Part shown: positions 1-60,835 of the stretch, piece after piece
Numbering within the stretch: position 1 is the stretch's first letter
Layout of the letters: the number at the start of each line of letters is the position of its first letter
NCBI RefSeq assembly: GCF_009914755.1
Contig: NC_060941.1
Reading direction: 5' to 3' (one strand)
Length of the DNA stretch: 64,000 bases
Source: the human T2T-CHM13v2.0 reference genome, Homo sapiens
The notes under the pieces: model-generated
What the model was told of the DNA's origin: nothing
Database searches by the model: none
What the model saw: only the letters and a program-made list of their open reading frames with translations
Translations under genes and position numbers: made by a program

Positions 1-478
1 TGGTTTTGTAAAGGGTATAGTGTTAGTGCTTAATTGATAAAAGTTATCTTTATGGCTAAGAAAGAACTCCTCAGGAGGATAATAATTGACAAATCCTTGC
101 TCATTGAAAAGATGGTTTTGAAAACAACTGTTTTTGAATACCCATGAGTCTTCATGTGCAAGCTGCCTTTTTGGAAGATAGATGGCTTTCATGTGGAGAA
201 ACGTCAAGGATAGATGGCATACGCACTAACAATTTTCATCTTTTTCTGCTTAAATTCTTTTGGGATTAGAGTTGTGGTCCATGATATTTTGAGATAGTGT
301 ATGGTTTTTAAAAAATGTGATAGCTTTTCATGGAGACATTGAACAAAAGCTACTCTAAGTTAAATGAGGTCCAGCACCAACGATTTTCTCACTACAGTGG
401 ACCTTTTTTTGTGATATTGATCTCCAAATGGTCTTGGTTAATACTTAGTACTAATACAGTAAGAATTAATTCTCTTCA

Positions 479-775
<297 letters not shown>

Positions 776-989
776 TTAACAAAATTCCCTATTTGTAGGT
801 TGTTCCATTTAAGTGTTCTAAATAAAGTGAAGTTGCCTGAGGGGGTGGGAGGATGAGAAATGCTTGTGGAATCCTTATTTAGGTTTGAACTTGGGGTTTT
901 CAGTGTCACAGCTTGTTTTATTTTCAATGTTAATGCAAACTCTCAGACCAAATGCTTCTGTGCTAATATCTGGATCTATGGTATTACAG

Positions 990-36603
<35,614 letters not shown>

Positions 36604-38200
36604 AGTGACCTGTCATTCCGAGCCAGCGAACCCCAGCAGTAGGAATCCGTACCCTAGGGATCTGTCTGTCATTTCTCTGTTGCTCTTGTGATTGGCAAGT
36701 ACAGTATCCTTTGGGAAGGCCATCCCCCTCAGGACTGTCCTGGCTCCGACCTTTGTGTACACTGCAGACGCTGGTTCTGAGGAACTGTTGTTTCGGCCTC
36801 AGTGAGGTTGCCTGGATGGGATCTGTATTAGACTTGAGTGCAGGTCTCTCAGCACTGACCCAAGGAGTTCTGTTATGGTACTGTACCTGTCCAGTCACTG
36901 GTTCTCTCCTCATGTCCTCTCGCCCCATGAGGTTGTGTTGTGTCTTCTAAGCGTGGTACTAGTGCTTGCCACCTGGTCACCAGACCTCCAAATATGGCTG
37001 CCACCACCAGGACCTTTCCAGTTACTCCTTATATGTGTGTTCTATGGAGGGGCAGGGAAAAGGTGGCACTTGTGAGTGTGTGTGGATTGGCAGGGGGTCC
37101 ATTCACTTTGGGTTCCATCTTGCTTTAAATTTCTTCATTTTGATTAAGAGACCTCTTTTTGATCTGTATTGGGCTAACCAGAGCCAAATACTTTTGAAGA
37201 GTTTCCCAGGGACTAGTCATGGTAATAGCATATAATTGATCTGAATGAGATGGAGAGAAGAATGAAGGGGTGGTGGTTCTGGGTTTGATTTGAGTTCACC
37301 TGTGGGCAGTGGGCAGTGGGCAGTGTCTTGGTGAAAGGGAACGGATACTACTTTTTGCCTCACCGTAAAGTACTCACTAGTAAATATTTCCTTCTCTCTT
37401 TACTCCCACTTTTTACGTTTGCAGGTGCCAAAGTAATGTCCACTTTTCCCTTTCATGCTGCATATTAACTGGTTAATTATACTGCAGAAACCTTTTCACC
37501 TCCACTAGTCTGATACAGTACATCTGTACTTCCATATACCTTGCACTGATTTTGTCTGAGTGCCCTGGGAGAAGTAGAAAATGATTGAAAGTGACTTCCG
37601 TATCTCAGCCCATGACTCAGCAAGGCAGAATGGCCACCCCTGCCAAAGTTTGCTTCTCTTTTCAACAGTGCCTCACCCTCCCTCTAGGATTAAAGTGCTT
37701 CTGCCCTTCCACGAACTCCTCCTCCATTTCCTTTTTGGGATTTGTCACCATCCTTCTATTCTCTGGTCTTCTATTTTTGGTGTTGTTCAAGTGAAGGAAG
37801 AGATGTTCCCTCTAATTTCTCTCTAGCCCATTATAACCTGCTATCTTGGGGCAACTTTTGATGTATGACATGTCACCCTTCCCAACTTGGTCTCCTCCAA
37901 CATGCTGTCTTCATGTGGAGCCCTCACCACAATCCCTGACTCCGGTCATTTGTGCCTTTCTCTTGTCATCTCTGTACACTACTTATATTCACTGTGGGTT
38001 GGGGGAGCTAATTTTAAGCATGTTCAGTGGCAGCTCCCCTCCAGTTTCAGTGTCACTGTTAAAATTTATCAAAAAGCAACTTCACTAGGGGTTTTCTTAA
38101 GGGATAAAGGCCTTTTACAGAAGCTAAACCCTTCCCCACATGTGGTAGAATGTGCTCTTCTATATCTACTCCTCAATAAAGCATGTTCTCTGCTCAAGTC
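36604..38200 (+). other. KAT7: KAT7 3' UTR up to the proximal poly(A) site
   Basis: Unique sequence with no obvious repeats from the stop codon to AATAAA at 38175-38180; the end is approximate. Confidence 0.75.
38175..38180 (+). terminator. KAT7 proximal polyadenylation signal AATAAA
   Basis: Canonical hexamer followed by GU/U-rich tgttctctgctcaagtctgtttc. Confidence 0.7.
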
Positions 38201-38892
38201 TGTTTCATCTGGGGGCTCTCATTTATATATGAAAATGATGCACACGATCTGCTACTAATAGTAAATGCACTTGGGATTTGCTTTCCCTAGCAGTAAACTG
38301 TTGAGGGATGTGGTTTGTGGCTATGGAATGTTTTTCCCTGTGATACAGGCTGTCTGTAAAGATCAAGGGAGTGCTCACTCTGAACTTCTCTAGATGGTGG
38401 CACAAATTTGATCTGCCTCACTTTGGTTCCAGCTAATCAGTATACGTAGCAATGATTAGTCAGTATTACCCATTCTTTCACTAAGTGCCATTTTCCACTG
38501 ATTTTAGGGGCAAAGGAACCAATAGGAAATTAGGATATATGGGGGTACAGTTGATGCCTGTAGGAGATGGGAACAGACATTCCTTCTCATCTCCAAGCTC
38601 ATTCACCAGTATTGAGCAGTGTCACCTCTAATTATTGACTCTCTCGCAGGTTGAAATTATTCTTTTTGAAAATAGCTGCATTTTCATGTAAGATATACCC
38701 AGCACAGGAAAAGGGTGGCTGAGCACTAACCTCCGTATGGTGGAAAGGAGGAGGCTGGGAATTGTATGTGCTGGAATGGTTTCACTCACTGTGACCAGTA
38801 GTGGTGAGAACCCATACAGTTGAAGTTTTTTGCACAGTCCTGATCCCAGGTCTCCACTCGCTTTGCCATCCCACTTTACTCCCTAAAAATAA

Positions 38893-39587
<695 letters not shown>

Positions 39588-40042
39588 TTTTAACTCCCTC
39601 TTATCTGCATAACAGAAGCTTAGCTGCTTAAGCTCCTTTATTAGAAGAGCAAAAGTCTGAAATTATTCCTGAAACCTGCTCAATGGAAGTACCTACTCTA
39701 TTGGTTGCTTCCCATATGGTTGTCACTGTACCTTCATACTGCCTCATTTGACCCTCATATTAGCCCTGTACAGTAGATGGGTACACTGGTTTGCCAAAGG
39801 AGACCTGGAATCCAAGGTGGAAGTAAGCAGCAAAGCCAGAAACTTCAATTCTGGTCTGTCTACCTTGATAGCCTGCACCCTCCCCTCTACCGTTTTCTTC
39901 CACTATTTTTGATTCCTTAATGATGAATCATCCTCTCCCTTCTAGTTGGATTTGTTTCTAATGGCTTCCATTACAAGGATAATAATGAAACTGGTGAAAA
40001 CTTTCAGGCAAAAGGATTTTCTTTTTATATTTTTTCTTATTA

Positions 40043-40444
<402 letters not shown>

Positions 40445-40764
40445 CTAAACCAGGAAGCAAAAGATGTGCCTCATTCTGGCATTGTTTCTGATTTAGGAAT
40501 AAACTGTTCAGTAAGCACTGTCCCTTTACTTCCATGGTTTTCTTCATTCCTCACCACAGCACAGTAAGGTGGATATTATAGTCTTCTTCTAGATGAAAAA
40601 TTGAGGCTCATAGTGGTCTTGCTGCTGTGTCATAGCAATAGAATGAGAGAGCCTTGCTTCCCTGAGTCCAAATCCCATACTTTTGGCATTGTTATGAGGT
40701 CTGGTCACCTGATGCTTCCATGCTATTTTCCCATTTCTTATCTGGGGATAATGAGTCATATTAA

Positions 40765-41356
<592 letters not shown>

Positions 41357-42500
41357 AAGTAACTTTTAACAGTGTGGTATAACCTTTAAATGACAAGGTG
41401 ATGCTTTTGACTTGTCCTCAACTTTGATTTGTACTGATTTGTCCCTATAGTTCTGGGTGGGGTGGGTCAAAACAAAGTCTCGAGCTGTACCAGGATCAAG
41501 CAGCACAGCTCAGCCATGATCCTTTTACCACTTTTTTCTTCTGTCCTTGAGACTCTAATTAAAGCACTGGATTTTTAAAAATCACCCTTGTAAATATGCA
41601 CACATTTGTCTATAGTTGAGGAAATTGTGCCGTTGAAGTCCATTCTTGGACATGGAGTTAAGAAACCCTGGTTTGAGAAAAAGCCCCAGTGAGACAGCAG
41701 GAATCCTTTTACCATACAACCCTCAACTAGTTTAGTGTGCTCAAGCTCAAATAACCAATCCCATCAAGTGAAAAGAATGGCAGCAGGGAGAAGGCCTGGC
41801 TCACTGAGGCTCTCAGCATTAGTTTCCTCTACCTCTTGTGTCTCACAGGTGCACATATGTACAGCATATCAAAGTGTTGAATGTCATGAGAATAAAATAT
41901 GAAAACTACTTTGCTGAATGATAGTATGTGATGTGTGCTAGGACTTCTAGAAGCCACCCTTTGCTTTGCTGTTCATTGGGATCATGGAATCGGACCTCAG
42001 CTGGTTTTGCCTCAGCACTTTCTTTCACAAAATTATGTGTGACTGCCTCCTCCAGACTGTTTCCTGCTGATAGGGGCAGTTTAATAGCCTTCTTCCTGTG
42101 TGGTATCTGCAACAAAATCCCAATGAATGTCACCAAGAAGGAAACAAAGGATTGCCCAGCGATGAGAAATGTCCCTGGTGCCAAAACATCAGTTTGCCCC
42201 TAACCTCTTGTGCAATACCTTTAAGTCCAGGTCATGTTGTTACCATTTGGGGGTTTGCGGATTTGTTTACTTGTGCCCAAGAATGGAGAAAATAACCTGT
42301 ACTATTGTACAACTCTGGCTCCATGGCTCCTCACAAATGTTCCATGTGAGATATAAACATCTTTATCCTCGACAAGTCATGTTCATTCCAAGAAACCAGT
42401 CTTTGTTCTTAATTGGACATTTGTTTCTGCAAACAGCTTACCATACATTCAATTCCAAAGTTATCAGAAACCTACACTCTTATCTCACAAATTTAGAGGT

Positions 42501-42966
42501 GTGGTAGATCATCTCCAAAGATGGCCACCAACAGTTGCTCTCATCCTCTGTGCACGTGCTATTTCCAATAAGGTCTATTTTTTTCTACAGTGAGGGCTGA
42601 ACTTGTGACTTGTTTTGACTAATAGGATATGGAAGTGATATTTTGGCAGCTTCCACTTTTGCTCTTGAAAATAAGCTGACACGTTTCCAAACGAGAAGCT
42701 TGGGCTAAATTACTGAATGGTGAGAGACGATGCATAGGAGAACCAAGGTGCTCTAGTCACAGCACTAAAAGCCCAGACTTGTGTCTCTTGAAGGTTTCAA
42801 CCCCGCCAGACTCCCAGCTGAACGCACCCTCATGAGTGGCCCTTGCTGGTACCACATGACACTAAAGACATCTAGCTGAGTCCTGTTAACCCAGAGAATT
42901 ATGAGAATACTGTTTTAACCACACGTTTTGGAATGGTTTGATACATGGCAATGGAGAAGTGAAACA
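42501..42966 (+). mobile_element. MaLR solo LTR (MLT1-like)
   Basis: Starts tgtggtaga...ccaaagatggccacca, ends ttttaaccac...ttttggaatggtttgatacatggcaat...aaaca (TG...CA). Confidence 0.6.
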
Positions 42967-43228
42967 AGGGGACTTCGGAAACTAAAGGGCTGGAATTCAG
43001 TTTGCCTTGTAGGTTGATTGGAAGCCAGATGTGCCTAGAGGAAGGCTACCACCTTGTGCAATTCCAGGGGACACTGTTTATGTTCCGTGTAAATGGCAGC
43101 CTCAGTTCACCTCATTTGGTTATTTATCGTGTCTTCGCTGTCAGTCAAATTGCTTCTGAGATAACTGGCTGGCCTTGGAATTCTTAGCCACCTCCTTAAG
43201 CGGATCAGGAAAACTGAAGAATATCCTT

Positions 43229-43545
43229 CTGTATGTATGTATGTATTTATTGATTGATCGATTTATGAGACAGGGTCTCCTTCTGTCACCCAGGCTGGAG
43301 TGCAGTGGTACGATCACGGCTCACTGCTGCGTCGCCTTCCCAGGCTCCAGCTATCCTCCCACCTCAACCTCCAGAGTAGTTGAGACCACAGGCGTGCACT
43401 ACCACGCCCGGCTACCTTTTTGTATTTTCAGTAGAGACGAGGTTTCGCCGTGTTGCCCAGGCTGGTTCAAGCGGAGCTCAAGCAATCAGCCTGCCTCGGC
43501 CTCCCAAAGTGTTGGGATTACAGGCATGAGCCGCTGCGCCCAACC
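43229..43545 (-). mobile_element. Alu (AluJ-like) with (TGTA)n-derived tail
   Basis: Antisense Alu consensus. Confidence 0.88.
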
Positions 43546-43868
43546 TTCTTCTGCTGTCGAGATACTGCTCATCACCTGCCTGCTCCAGAATTCATGTGGC
43601 TTCTCATTGCTCAATGGATTAAGTTCATGTTTATCCTGGCTTTCAAGTCTTTCCGTAAGCTGACTCAACCTACATAGCTTTCATCATTCCCTTACACATA
43701 ACCTCAACGTGCAACAGGATTAGTCTATTATTCCCTTTCTTGTGTTTACTGAGAAAGCCTCCACTTCAACGTTCCATGAAGTGTGTTCCATTAAATACCA
43801 AAGTATAGGCAAAAAGTTCTGTGGTCAAATAAATTTGGAAAACACAGAGTGTTTCCAAAGTTAGTATC

Positions 43869-44122
43869 AGGCCAGGCATGGTGGGAGGATCACTTGAGCC
43901 CAGGAGTTCGAGACCAGCCTGGGCAACATAGGGAGACCCAATCCCTACAAAAAAATTAGTTGGGCATGGTGGTGTGCACCCGTAGTGCCAGCTACTCAGG
44001 AGGCTGAGGTAGGAGGATCACCTGAGCCCAGGAAGTCAAGGCTGTGGTCAGCTGAGATCCCACCAGTGTGCTCCAGCCTGGGTGACAGAGCAAGACCCTG
44101 TCTCAAAAAATAAAAAAATAAA
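43869..44122 (+). mobile_element. Alu (AluJ-like, internal deletion); tail contains 2x AATAAA
   Basis: Sense Alu; tail aaaaaataaaaaaataaa. Confidence 0.88.
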
Positions 44123-44504
44123 GATAATACCAGTATGTTTCTTGACTTGAAGATTTCCCAAAACCTTCAGTAGGCTAATGGGTGTTGGAGTTTTCCAAGA
44201 AGACACAGGATGTAACATTTCCTAAAATGATTTGATCTGGAAGGAGCCTCTTGGACTGGTGTCCTGGGTAGGGCTTTTGGAAATGTTTCTTTCCCACCCG
44301 AATAGGCCCCTAATTCTGCTTGAGACTTGTCTGAACTATCATGGCATAGACCAAGTGTGGGGCTTGATGTATGTGAAGTCAAGCCACCGTAGCCTAAATC
44401 CTGGCTGTCATTTCCTTTGTAACTTCAAGCAAATGGCTTATCCACATTGGCAGAATGGGGATAAAATTGTGGAAAATTCTCTTGCAGTGCTTGCCATGTA
44501 TTCA

Positions 44505-45225
44505 TTCATGTAGTCAGTAAACAAGTTCTGCTGTGTCCACCATCTAAGGTGGGAATTAGTTGAGTCTGGGGAACCAGTGGTAAGCCCTGTCTAAAAAAGG
44601 GCCTTTATCATGGGAGCTGAAAGATGAGTTAGCAGGATGGGGGCAATATGGAGTAGAGGGACTGGGGCAGTGTCCAGATCCCAGAGCAGGCCAGCATTTG
44701 GTGTGTGTGTCTGAGAGAGCCTGGTGGCGAGTGTGACAACACAGAGGAGAGGGATTAGAGAGCACGGGGCCCTGGAGGTTTCTGCAAGAATGTCAAGTGT
44801 ATGCTAGGACACCGTTGGACTGTGGCCGACAAGGAATGGACGCGATCCTATTTCCCATTTTAAAATGTCACTCTCTGGTGGACAAACGCTGGGGGTGGCT
44901 GGCTGGCAGGAGGGTGGAAAGCAAGGAGGTCTGCCAGGAGGCTACTGCCCTCCAAGACAAGGGAGGAGGGTGGCTGCTACCAACAGTGACAAGATGGCAA
45001 GTAGTAGGTGGACTCAAGATGGATTGTGGAAGGTTCATCAGCTAGGGGATAATGAGTTAGGTGTGAGGAATTGAGGGGAACTCCCAGGTTTGTAGCTGGG
45101 TGTGTGGAGGTGCCGTTTGTAGAGATGCGGAAGATGGTGAGGAGTAGTTTTGGGGCAGTGGATCAACAGTTCAGTGTATGGACAGGTTGAGTGAGAACTT
45201 TGGGACGTGTTCAGTAAGTAGCAGC
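44505..45225 (-). mobile_element. Degenerate L2 fragments
   Basis: tattcattcatgtagtcagtaaac...; ...agttcagtgtatggacaggttgag typical of reversed L2. Confidence 0.5.
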
Positions 45226-46146
45226 TGCTACTATTTATTTCAGTTACTTTTATTAAGTTTGGCTCTCTAACGAGACTCCTTGAGGACAGGAAATGTGAGT
45301 CCGTCACAATGCTCTCCAGGGACCTCTCATGTGCCAAGCACTATTGTTGGCGCTGAGGGCACAAATATAATAAGATGTGGTCTGTGTTATTCCGAAACCC
45401 TGTTTTGCAGGGGAGGTAAATCATTAATTATAACATCAACATTGTAACATACAGGAAGTGCTGAATGAAAGAACTTGTAAGGCATTTCGGGAATGCCAAG
45501 GAGGGAATGGACGAGTGTTTCCTGGGCTGGAAAACCTTTACAGAGAAATGGATCTTGGCAAAGAATTCACTCACCAGGATGGAAAGAATGGCATGTGCAG
45601 AAGCCAGAAGCAGGAGTGAACGTGGTGAGCTTGAGAAAGATAGGACTGGGGAGCAGAAGGCGGAATTTGCGTCCGTTAGTACATCTTGGCTCTCCTATAA
45701 TACTGTGAGGTCTTCAAGGGCAAATTCCAATCTCACACTTCATTCATATCCCCAGTCCCATCGGAGTTCCTAGTGAAATGCTGGCACATAGATGAAACTG
45801 TTTGGTGAGTTCACTTTTTTCCTAAATGTCCCCGACTTCAAACACAAGAATGAGGTCTTCAGCCCTCTTTGCTGGTGCTTTGAGTTGGGTTATTGCAGTG
45901 AACCACCTCTTGGCACCTCGCCGGTGGCTGGGTGGGGTGGGGCAGGCACCGGGGATGCCTGGTGGGTTAGGAGGTTAGGAGTGGGTGAGATGGGAAGTAC
46001 ATTAACTGGAAAATTCTGCAGCAGTGTCAGAGTTCCAAGGAGGAGGCTTGCACTGGCCCCCACTCCCATATTCATTGCTGGACATGATGGTAAGGTGTGA
46101 AGATGGAGAAAACGGGGCCCTGGGGTTTATTAGGGTCTCACAGTGA

Positions 46147-46702
<556 letters not shown>

Positions 46703-47415
46703 TAGCCTAGTGGATTAATGAGCCTCCTTTACTGCTGGACCCACACACAATTCCCAGTGCATTCCTTGGTTCAGCACCTCCACATTTAGGACCTAGGTTT
46801 GCCTCCAGGATTTCATGCTGGCTCATGTGCTGCTTTCTAAGGGGTCCTCTGTGTCCCACCTGCCTATAAACTGCTAGTGCAGGGACAGTTGCCTCCTCAG
46901 TCTGGGGCTCCCTGAGGTTGGGAGCTGTTTTGCTCTTCTAAGGTGCTCAAGAATGGGGCTGTGTCTTAATCACAAGGCAGTTAGTTGAAGGGTCACCTTA
47001 TACAAGACAACTGAATAACCTGGGACCCTGTTCTCTGAGTCAGGAGACACATGGATTTGAGCCCTTGAGATCATGTCTGTGAGTAGGGAGAGGGTGTCTT
47101 CTTTCAGGCTGGGGCTTCAGAGGACCCTAAAGGGAAGAAAGACCCCTTGTTTTCAAATCCCTTCCCTTCCAAAATGCCTGCAATACCTTCCCATCCCGTC
47201 GTGGGCTCTTTCCTGTTTCTGTCATTCTTACCTGTGTCCCAAGCCTGTTTTCCCACCTGGGGGTAGGACCAGGGCTGTTCAGTATTTCTCTGCGATTCTG
47301 CAAAAGGGCTCTTGGCCTGTTGACATACCAGTGAGGCCACTGAACAGACTACAGAGCCCAGGCCATTCCTGCCCTCTGCTGTGCACCAGAGAAGGAGCCA
47401 TTCACTGGTCACTCA

Positions 47416-47421
47416 TTTATT
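47416..47421 (-). terminator. Probable TAC4 polyadenylation signal (AATAAA on - strand)
   Basis: First canonical AATAAA I see downstream of the TAC4 stop (about 320 nt), inside an L2 3'-end remnant. Confidence 0.7.
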
Positions 47422-47742
47422 GAGTGCCTACTGTGTGCTAGGCACAGGATACAGAGTGTGCGAGTCTCCTCACTGCTGTGCAGTGAGATGCCAACTCTGA
47501 GTGTGAGGGAGGGCAGAGTCAGTGCAGCTTGCTACGGCGAAGCTGTGCATTTATGCAGGACTGCTGCTTGACACTGAGAGTCCAGGAAGAAGCCCAGTGG
47601 GTTCAGTGTGGGCCTTGTGTGAAGTGCCAGCGATGAGGACAGGAGACACAGAGAAGAGAGTTGGCCTGCCGGCTTGTCAGCTGTGACATCCAGGTAGGAA
47701 GAAGCGGCACCGTGTCCTCTGGGAAGTCTGTGGTGGGGGCTT

Positions 47743-57117
<9,375 letters not shown>

Positions 57118-58226
57118 GGTGAGCCTGCACTGTCCTGGAATCTCTGGGAGCCCCTCTCAGCTTGAAGATGCCTCCTGCAGGCTTTGGTTTGCTCTTTGGC
57201 TCCTTGAGTGTAGATAGGGGAAACTCCCCCTGTTTTCTGGTCCTTCCAGCTGTTCCTGATTCCTTCCTTCAGCTTAACTGATCCCCAGGCCAGTTTCTGT
57301 GACTCCCCTCCCTCCCTGGCTGGACAGGCCAATGATATTAGGAGCTGCTCAGGAGGAGGGATCAGACCTCTTCCACTGCTGCCCCCTAACATTTGATCCC
57401 AGGGCTTAACACTCTGATGCAACACCTGCCTCACCTTTGGCTGTTTCCCTGGTGGCAGGTGCACAGTGGGGCAGTGTGTGGGACCTGGAGCTTGCAGCTT
57501 CCAGGCTGGAAAACCTGAAGGGACCTTCTCATCTTAGAAATAAGGGAGGGGGCCATATGCCTTCTCCCTACCTGGTGCTCTGCTCCCCTGTACAGAGAGG
57601 CCTCTCCCTGGAAATTAGCAGTATCCCCTTTCTGTCTCCTCTTCCTGTCTTTGAGCCCCCTCCTCTCCAGCATTCTCCTCCATCAATAGTCCCTGTGTGT
57701 GCAAAAGAACACGTCTTCCTTTAAGAGAAATAACACATTGCTTAAAGAAATGAGGCTCCTCACGAGTGGGAATTGGGATTTGCCAGAAAAATGGCTGCAG
57801 GTTTCAAGCGTCATTGGCTCTAAGTGATCTTTCCCCTGTTGTCAAAGTGATGTTTCTAAGTCCCTAAACTGACTTGTCTCTCCTGCTTACAACCTTTCAG
57901 TGTCTTCCCACTGCCCTTGAGTGAATTCAAGCTCCCTAGTGTGGCGTTCATGGTGTTTCATTTAGTTCTTCCCTCTCGCCTATCCACCCAGATCCATTCA
58001 TCCATCTATCCACTCATCGGTCTAGAACAAGGGCTCTGTGGTCACAGAGGCCTGGATTCCAAATAGTTGTGTGACTTTAGGCACATTACTTAACTCTTCT
58101 CGAGAATCCTTGTCTGTAAAACAGGATTAATAATAGCACTTGTTACCAAAGTTTGAGGATGAAATGAGAGAATGCCCTGGAGCACTTAGCATAAAGCGTG
58201 ATGGTCAATATTTACCACCTGCTGAC

Positions 58227-58530
58227 TTTTTTTTTTTTTTTTTTTTTTTTGAGACGGAGTCTGGCTCTGTTGCCCAGGCTGGAGTGCAGTGGCGTGATCT
58301 CAGCTCACTGCAGCCTCTGCCTCCTGGGTTCAAGCAATCCTCCTGCCTCAGCCCCTGAGTAGTTGGGATTACAGGCGCCCACCACCACACCTGGTTAATT
58401 TCTGTATTTTAGTAGAGACAGGGTTTCATCATGTTGGTCAGGCTGGTCTTCAACTGCCAACCTCAGGTGATCTACCTGCCTCGGCCTCCCAAAGTGCTGG
58501 GATTACAGGCATGAGCCACCGCACCTGGCT
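58227..58530 (-). mobile_element. Alu
   Basis: Alu consensus on - strand. Confidence 0.9.
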
Positions 58531-59999
58531 TGACCATTATTACTGTTACTGTTATCGGCATTGGGTGAGGCAGTGGGTGGTAGAAGATGAGTAAGACATT
58601 CATCCTGTAGCATATCACAGTTCAGGCACAGAGACCTCTGGTTGGCAGATAAGCTACGTTTGGTTTGACATGTGCCAGCGTAGCGGTGGGAGCAAGGGAA
58701 AGGCACGTGCGCCTTCCCAGTCCACCCCTACCCCTGTTCCAGGACAGGCTGTTGCCTCTGCTGGACCTCCCTTTCCGCCTGGTGAATTCCCATTCATTCT
58801 TAAAGATCCAGCTTAATACTCGCCTCTTCCATAGAATTCTTCTGTCTCTATTCCTGTCTCTAGCAAGAAGTAATTGGCTCCTTTTGCCAACATCTGCCAC
58901 TTGGATCTCTATGGCTTCCCACGGGCCTCTATGTGAAGTTGTGCAGGTTGTGTCCTGCACAAGGCTGGCTGCAGAGGGGGCCAGTGGAGGTGAAACGCAT
59001 CCCCAGCTCTGCTCACTGATCTGCGCAGCCTAGCTCGGGGTGTTCACCCCTGGAAGAAGAAGCTTGGCTCCAGTTCTCCCAAAAGGGACAGCTGGGCTGA
59101 GGGCATCTCTGCTAGTCAGCCATGTGGTTGTTGACTTTGCCATGAGCTCTCTGAGAGTAGGGCTGTGACAGATGTGTGCTTGGCATACAGTAGGTCCTTA
59201 AGAAACCTGCACTCACCCTGAATCCAGGCCAGCCAAGTCAGAGATGATTAAGGGTAAGTATGGAGTGTTTGAGGGAGGACTACCCCCTCCCCCCACCCAA
59301 TTTCGGGAATCTTTTTGGTGCGTTCTAAACTGGAAGGCTTCAGAATCCCCAAATTTGCTAAAATGCAGCTTCCCCAGCTTAACCTAATTCCCAGGCAGCC
59401 AGTCCTGGCTTGTGGGTTGCTCCCAACTCTGCAGGGAGGCAGTCCCCCAGCCTCCCACTGAGCTCCCCCAAGCGCAGGACACCTAAAGCCTCACACTCCA
59501 TTTGGGGTTTTCCATTGTCATTAACAGGTTCTTCCTTAGAGGAAACAAAATGTTGCGTTCATCCTCTTGGTTTCACAGGTGTGGAAACTGAGGCAGGCCG
59601 GGCTTGCTGTAGGATACACTGAGAATTCATTGGCCGACTGGCTTGGACCCCCCAGCCAGCTCTTTCCCACCTTCCAGTGGGGTCTTACCCACAGGGTTTC
59701 AGGCAGAATCACAGCCTGGGCCTCTAGACAGGGGAGATGGCCTTCCATTCTCCTGATGCAGATGGGGTGACCTTAGTCTCTACTGAGTGTCTGAGCCTTA
59801 GTTTTCTCCATCTGCAAATTGACGCTGACCCTCCTAGTATGTAGTAAAGATTTCATGAATTCCTGCCGGTAAAGCGTTCAGCAGAGTCCCTGACACACAG
59901 CACGCGCTCAGTTAACCCTAACTTAATTGTTGTGATGATGAGGAGGATGATGATTTTATTCCTTCGAAGGAGCGCTGGTCTCCTGGCCCCCTCTCAGTC

Positions 60000-60070
60000 T
60001 CCCGACCTCGCCAGCGCCAGAGCCATCCTGCATGGTCCCGACCTCGTCAGCGCCAGAGCCGTCCTGCATG
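60000..60070. repeat. Tandem duplication, 2 x 36 bp
   Basis: tcccgacctcg(c/t)cagcgccagagcc(a/g)tcctgcatg twice, 2 mismatches. Confidence 0.95.
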
Positions 60071-60096
60071 AGGCAGGATGTGGTGGGCGCACAGCA

Positions 60097-60216
60097 GGGA
60101 CGAGGCGGGGGGCACGGGGCAGAAAGGAGAGGGCGACGGGAAGAAGGCAGAGAAAACCCAAAAGGTCCGGAAGGCTGGGAGGGAGGCAGGGCACAGGCTG
60201 GAAACCGCGGCTATTT
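60097..60216 (+). repeat. 120-bp direct repeat, copy 1 (copy 2 at 61676-61795)
   Basis: Ungapped alignment, 11 mismatches in 120 bp. Confidence 0.95.
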
Positions 60217-60728
60217 GCAGCGTCGCCCTCGGGCTGCGGTCAGGCTGGCGCTGGCAGTCCTGGCGGCCGAGCCCGCCGCCCCTCCCGGTGCCCTCGGCCA
60301 CCCGGGCACGGCCCTGGCCGGTGCGTCCAGCTCCGCCCGGTCCCCGCGGCCCCGGCGGCGGGTGGGCTGCGGCGCTGCCGCCAGAGGAGGGACCCGGCCG
60401 ATCCGGGGTGGGCTGGGGCAGGGCCGTGCGCAAGTCGGGGTGCGACCCCCGGCGGGGTATGTCGCGGCGGTGGCGCCCCCGCGGGAGCCGGGCCGGGGGC
60501 GGGTCGCGGCCGCGGCGAGGCTCCCAGGGCGCCGGGTGGGCGCAGGATTGCTAAACGCTGCGGTTTGGCTAAGATTGCGGAGCCGAGAAGAGAAAGGGCG
60601 CAGGAGGGAGGGATTTAAAACAAAACTAAAAGGAGGGGGGAAGCAGAGGGAAACGTGAGATGAGGGCGGATGAGGGCAGGAAGCTGACATTTCCTGAACG
60701 CCTCCTCCAGCCAAAGTCGGTGCGTGAT

Positions 60729-60835
60729 GGGCCCATTTTACAGGCCGGCGCTGGGAGAAGGCCTCCAGCCATTAAGGGGCAGAGGTGGGATTCGAACCTA
60801 GACCTATCTGCTGCTCGCGGGCTCTTTCATCTTGA
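60729..60835 (-). mobile_element. MIR remnant with an intact tRNA-derived B-box
   Basis: Minus strand gaaagagc...cagataggtctaGGTTCGAATCCcacctctgcc...ctgtaaaatggg. Confidence 0.65.

Noticed and set aside
37303-37325. (GTGGGCA)x3 in the KAT7 3' UTR
   Set aside because: Only three G-tracts; too short to call a G-quadruplex or functional repeat.
59932-60714. Overlapping 130-230 aa ORFs on both strands
   Set aside because: Low-complexity Arg/Gly/Pro/Ala frames expected from stop-poor GC-rich DNA; no domain or splice support.
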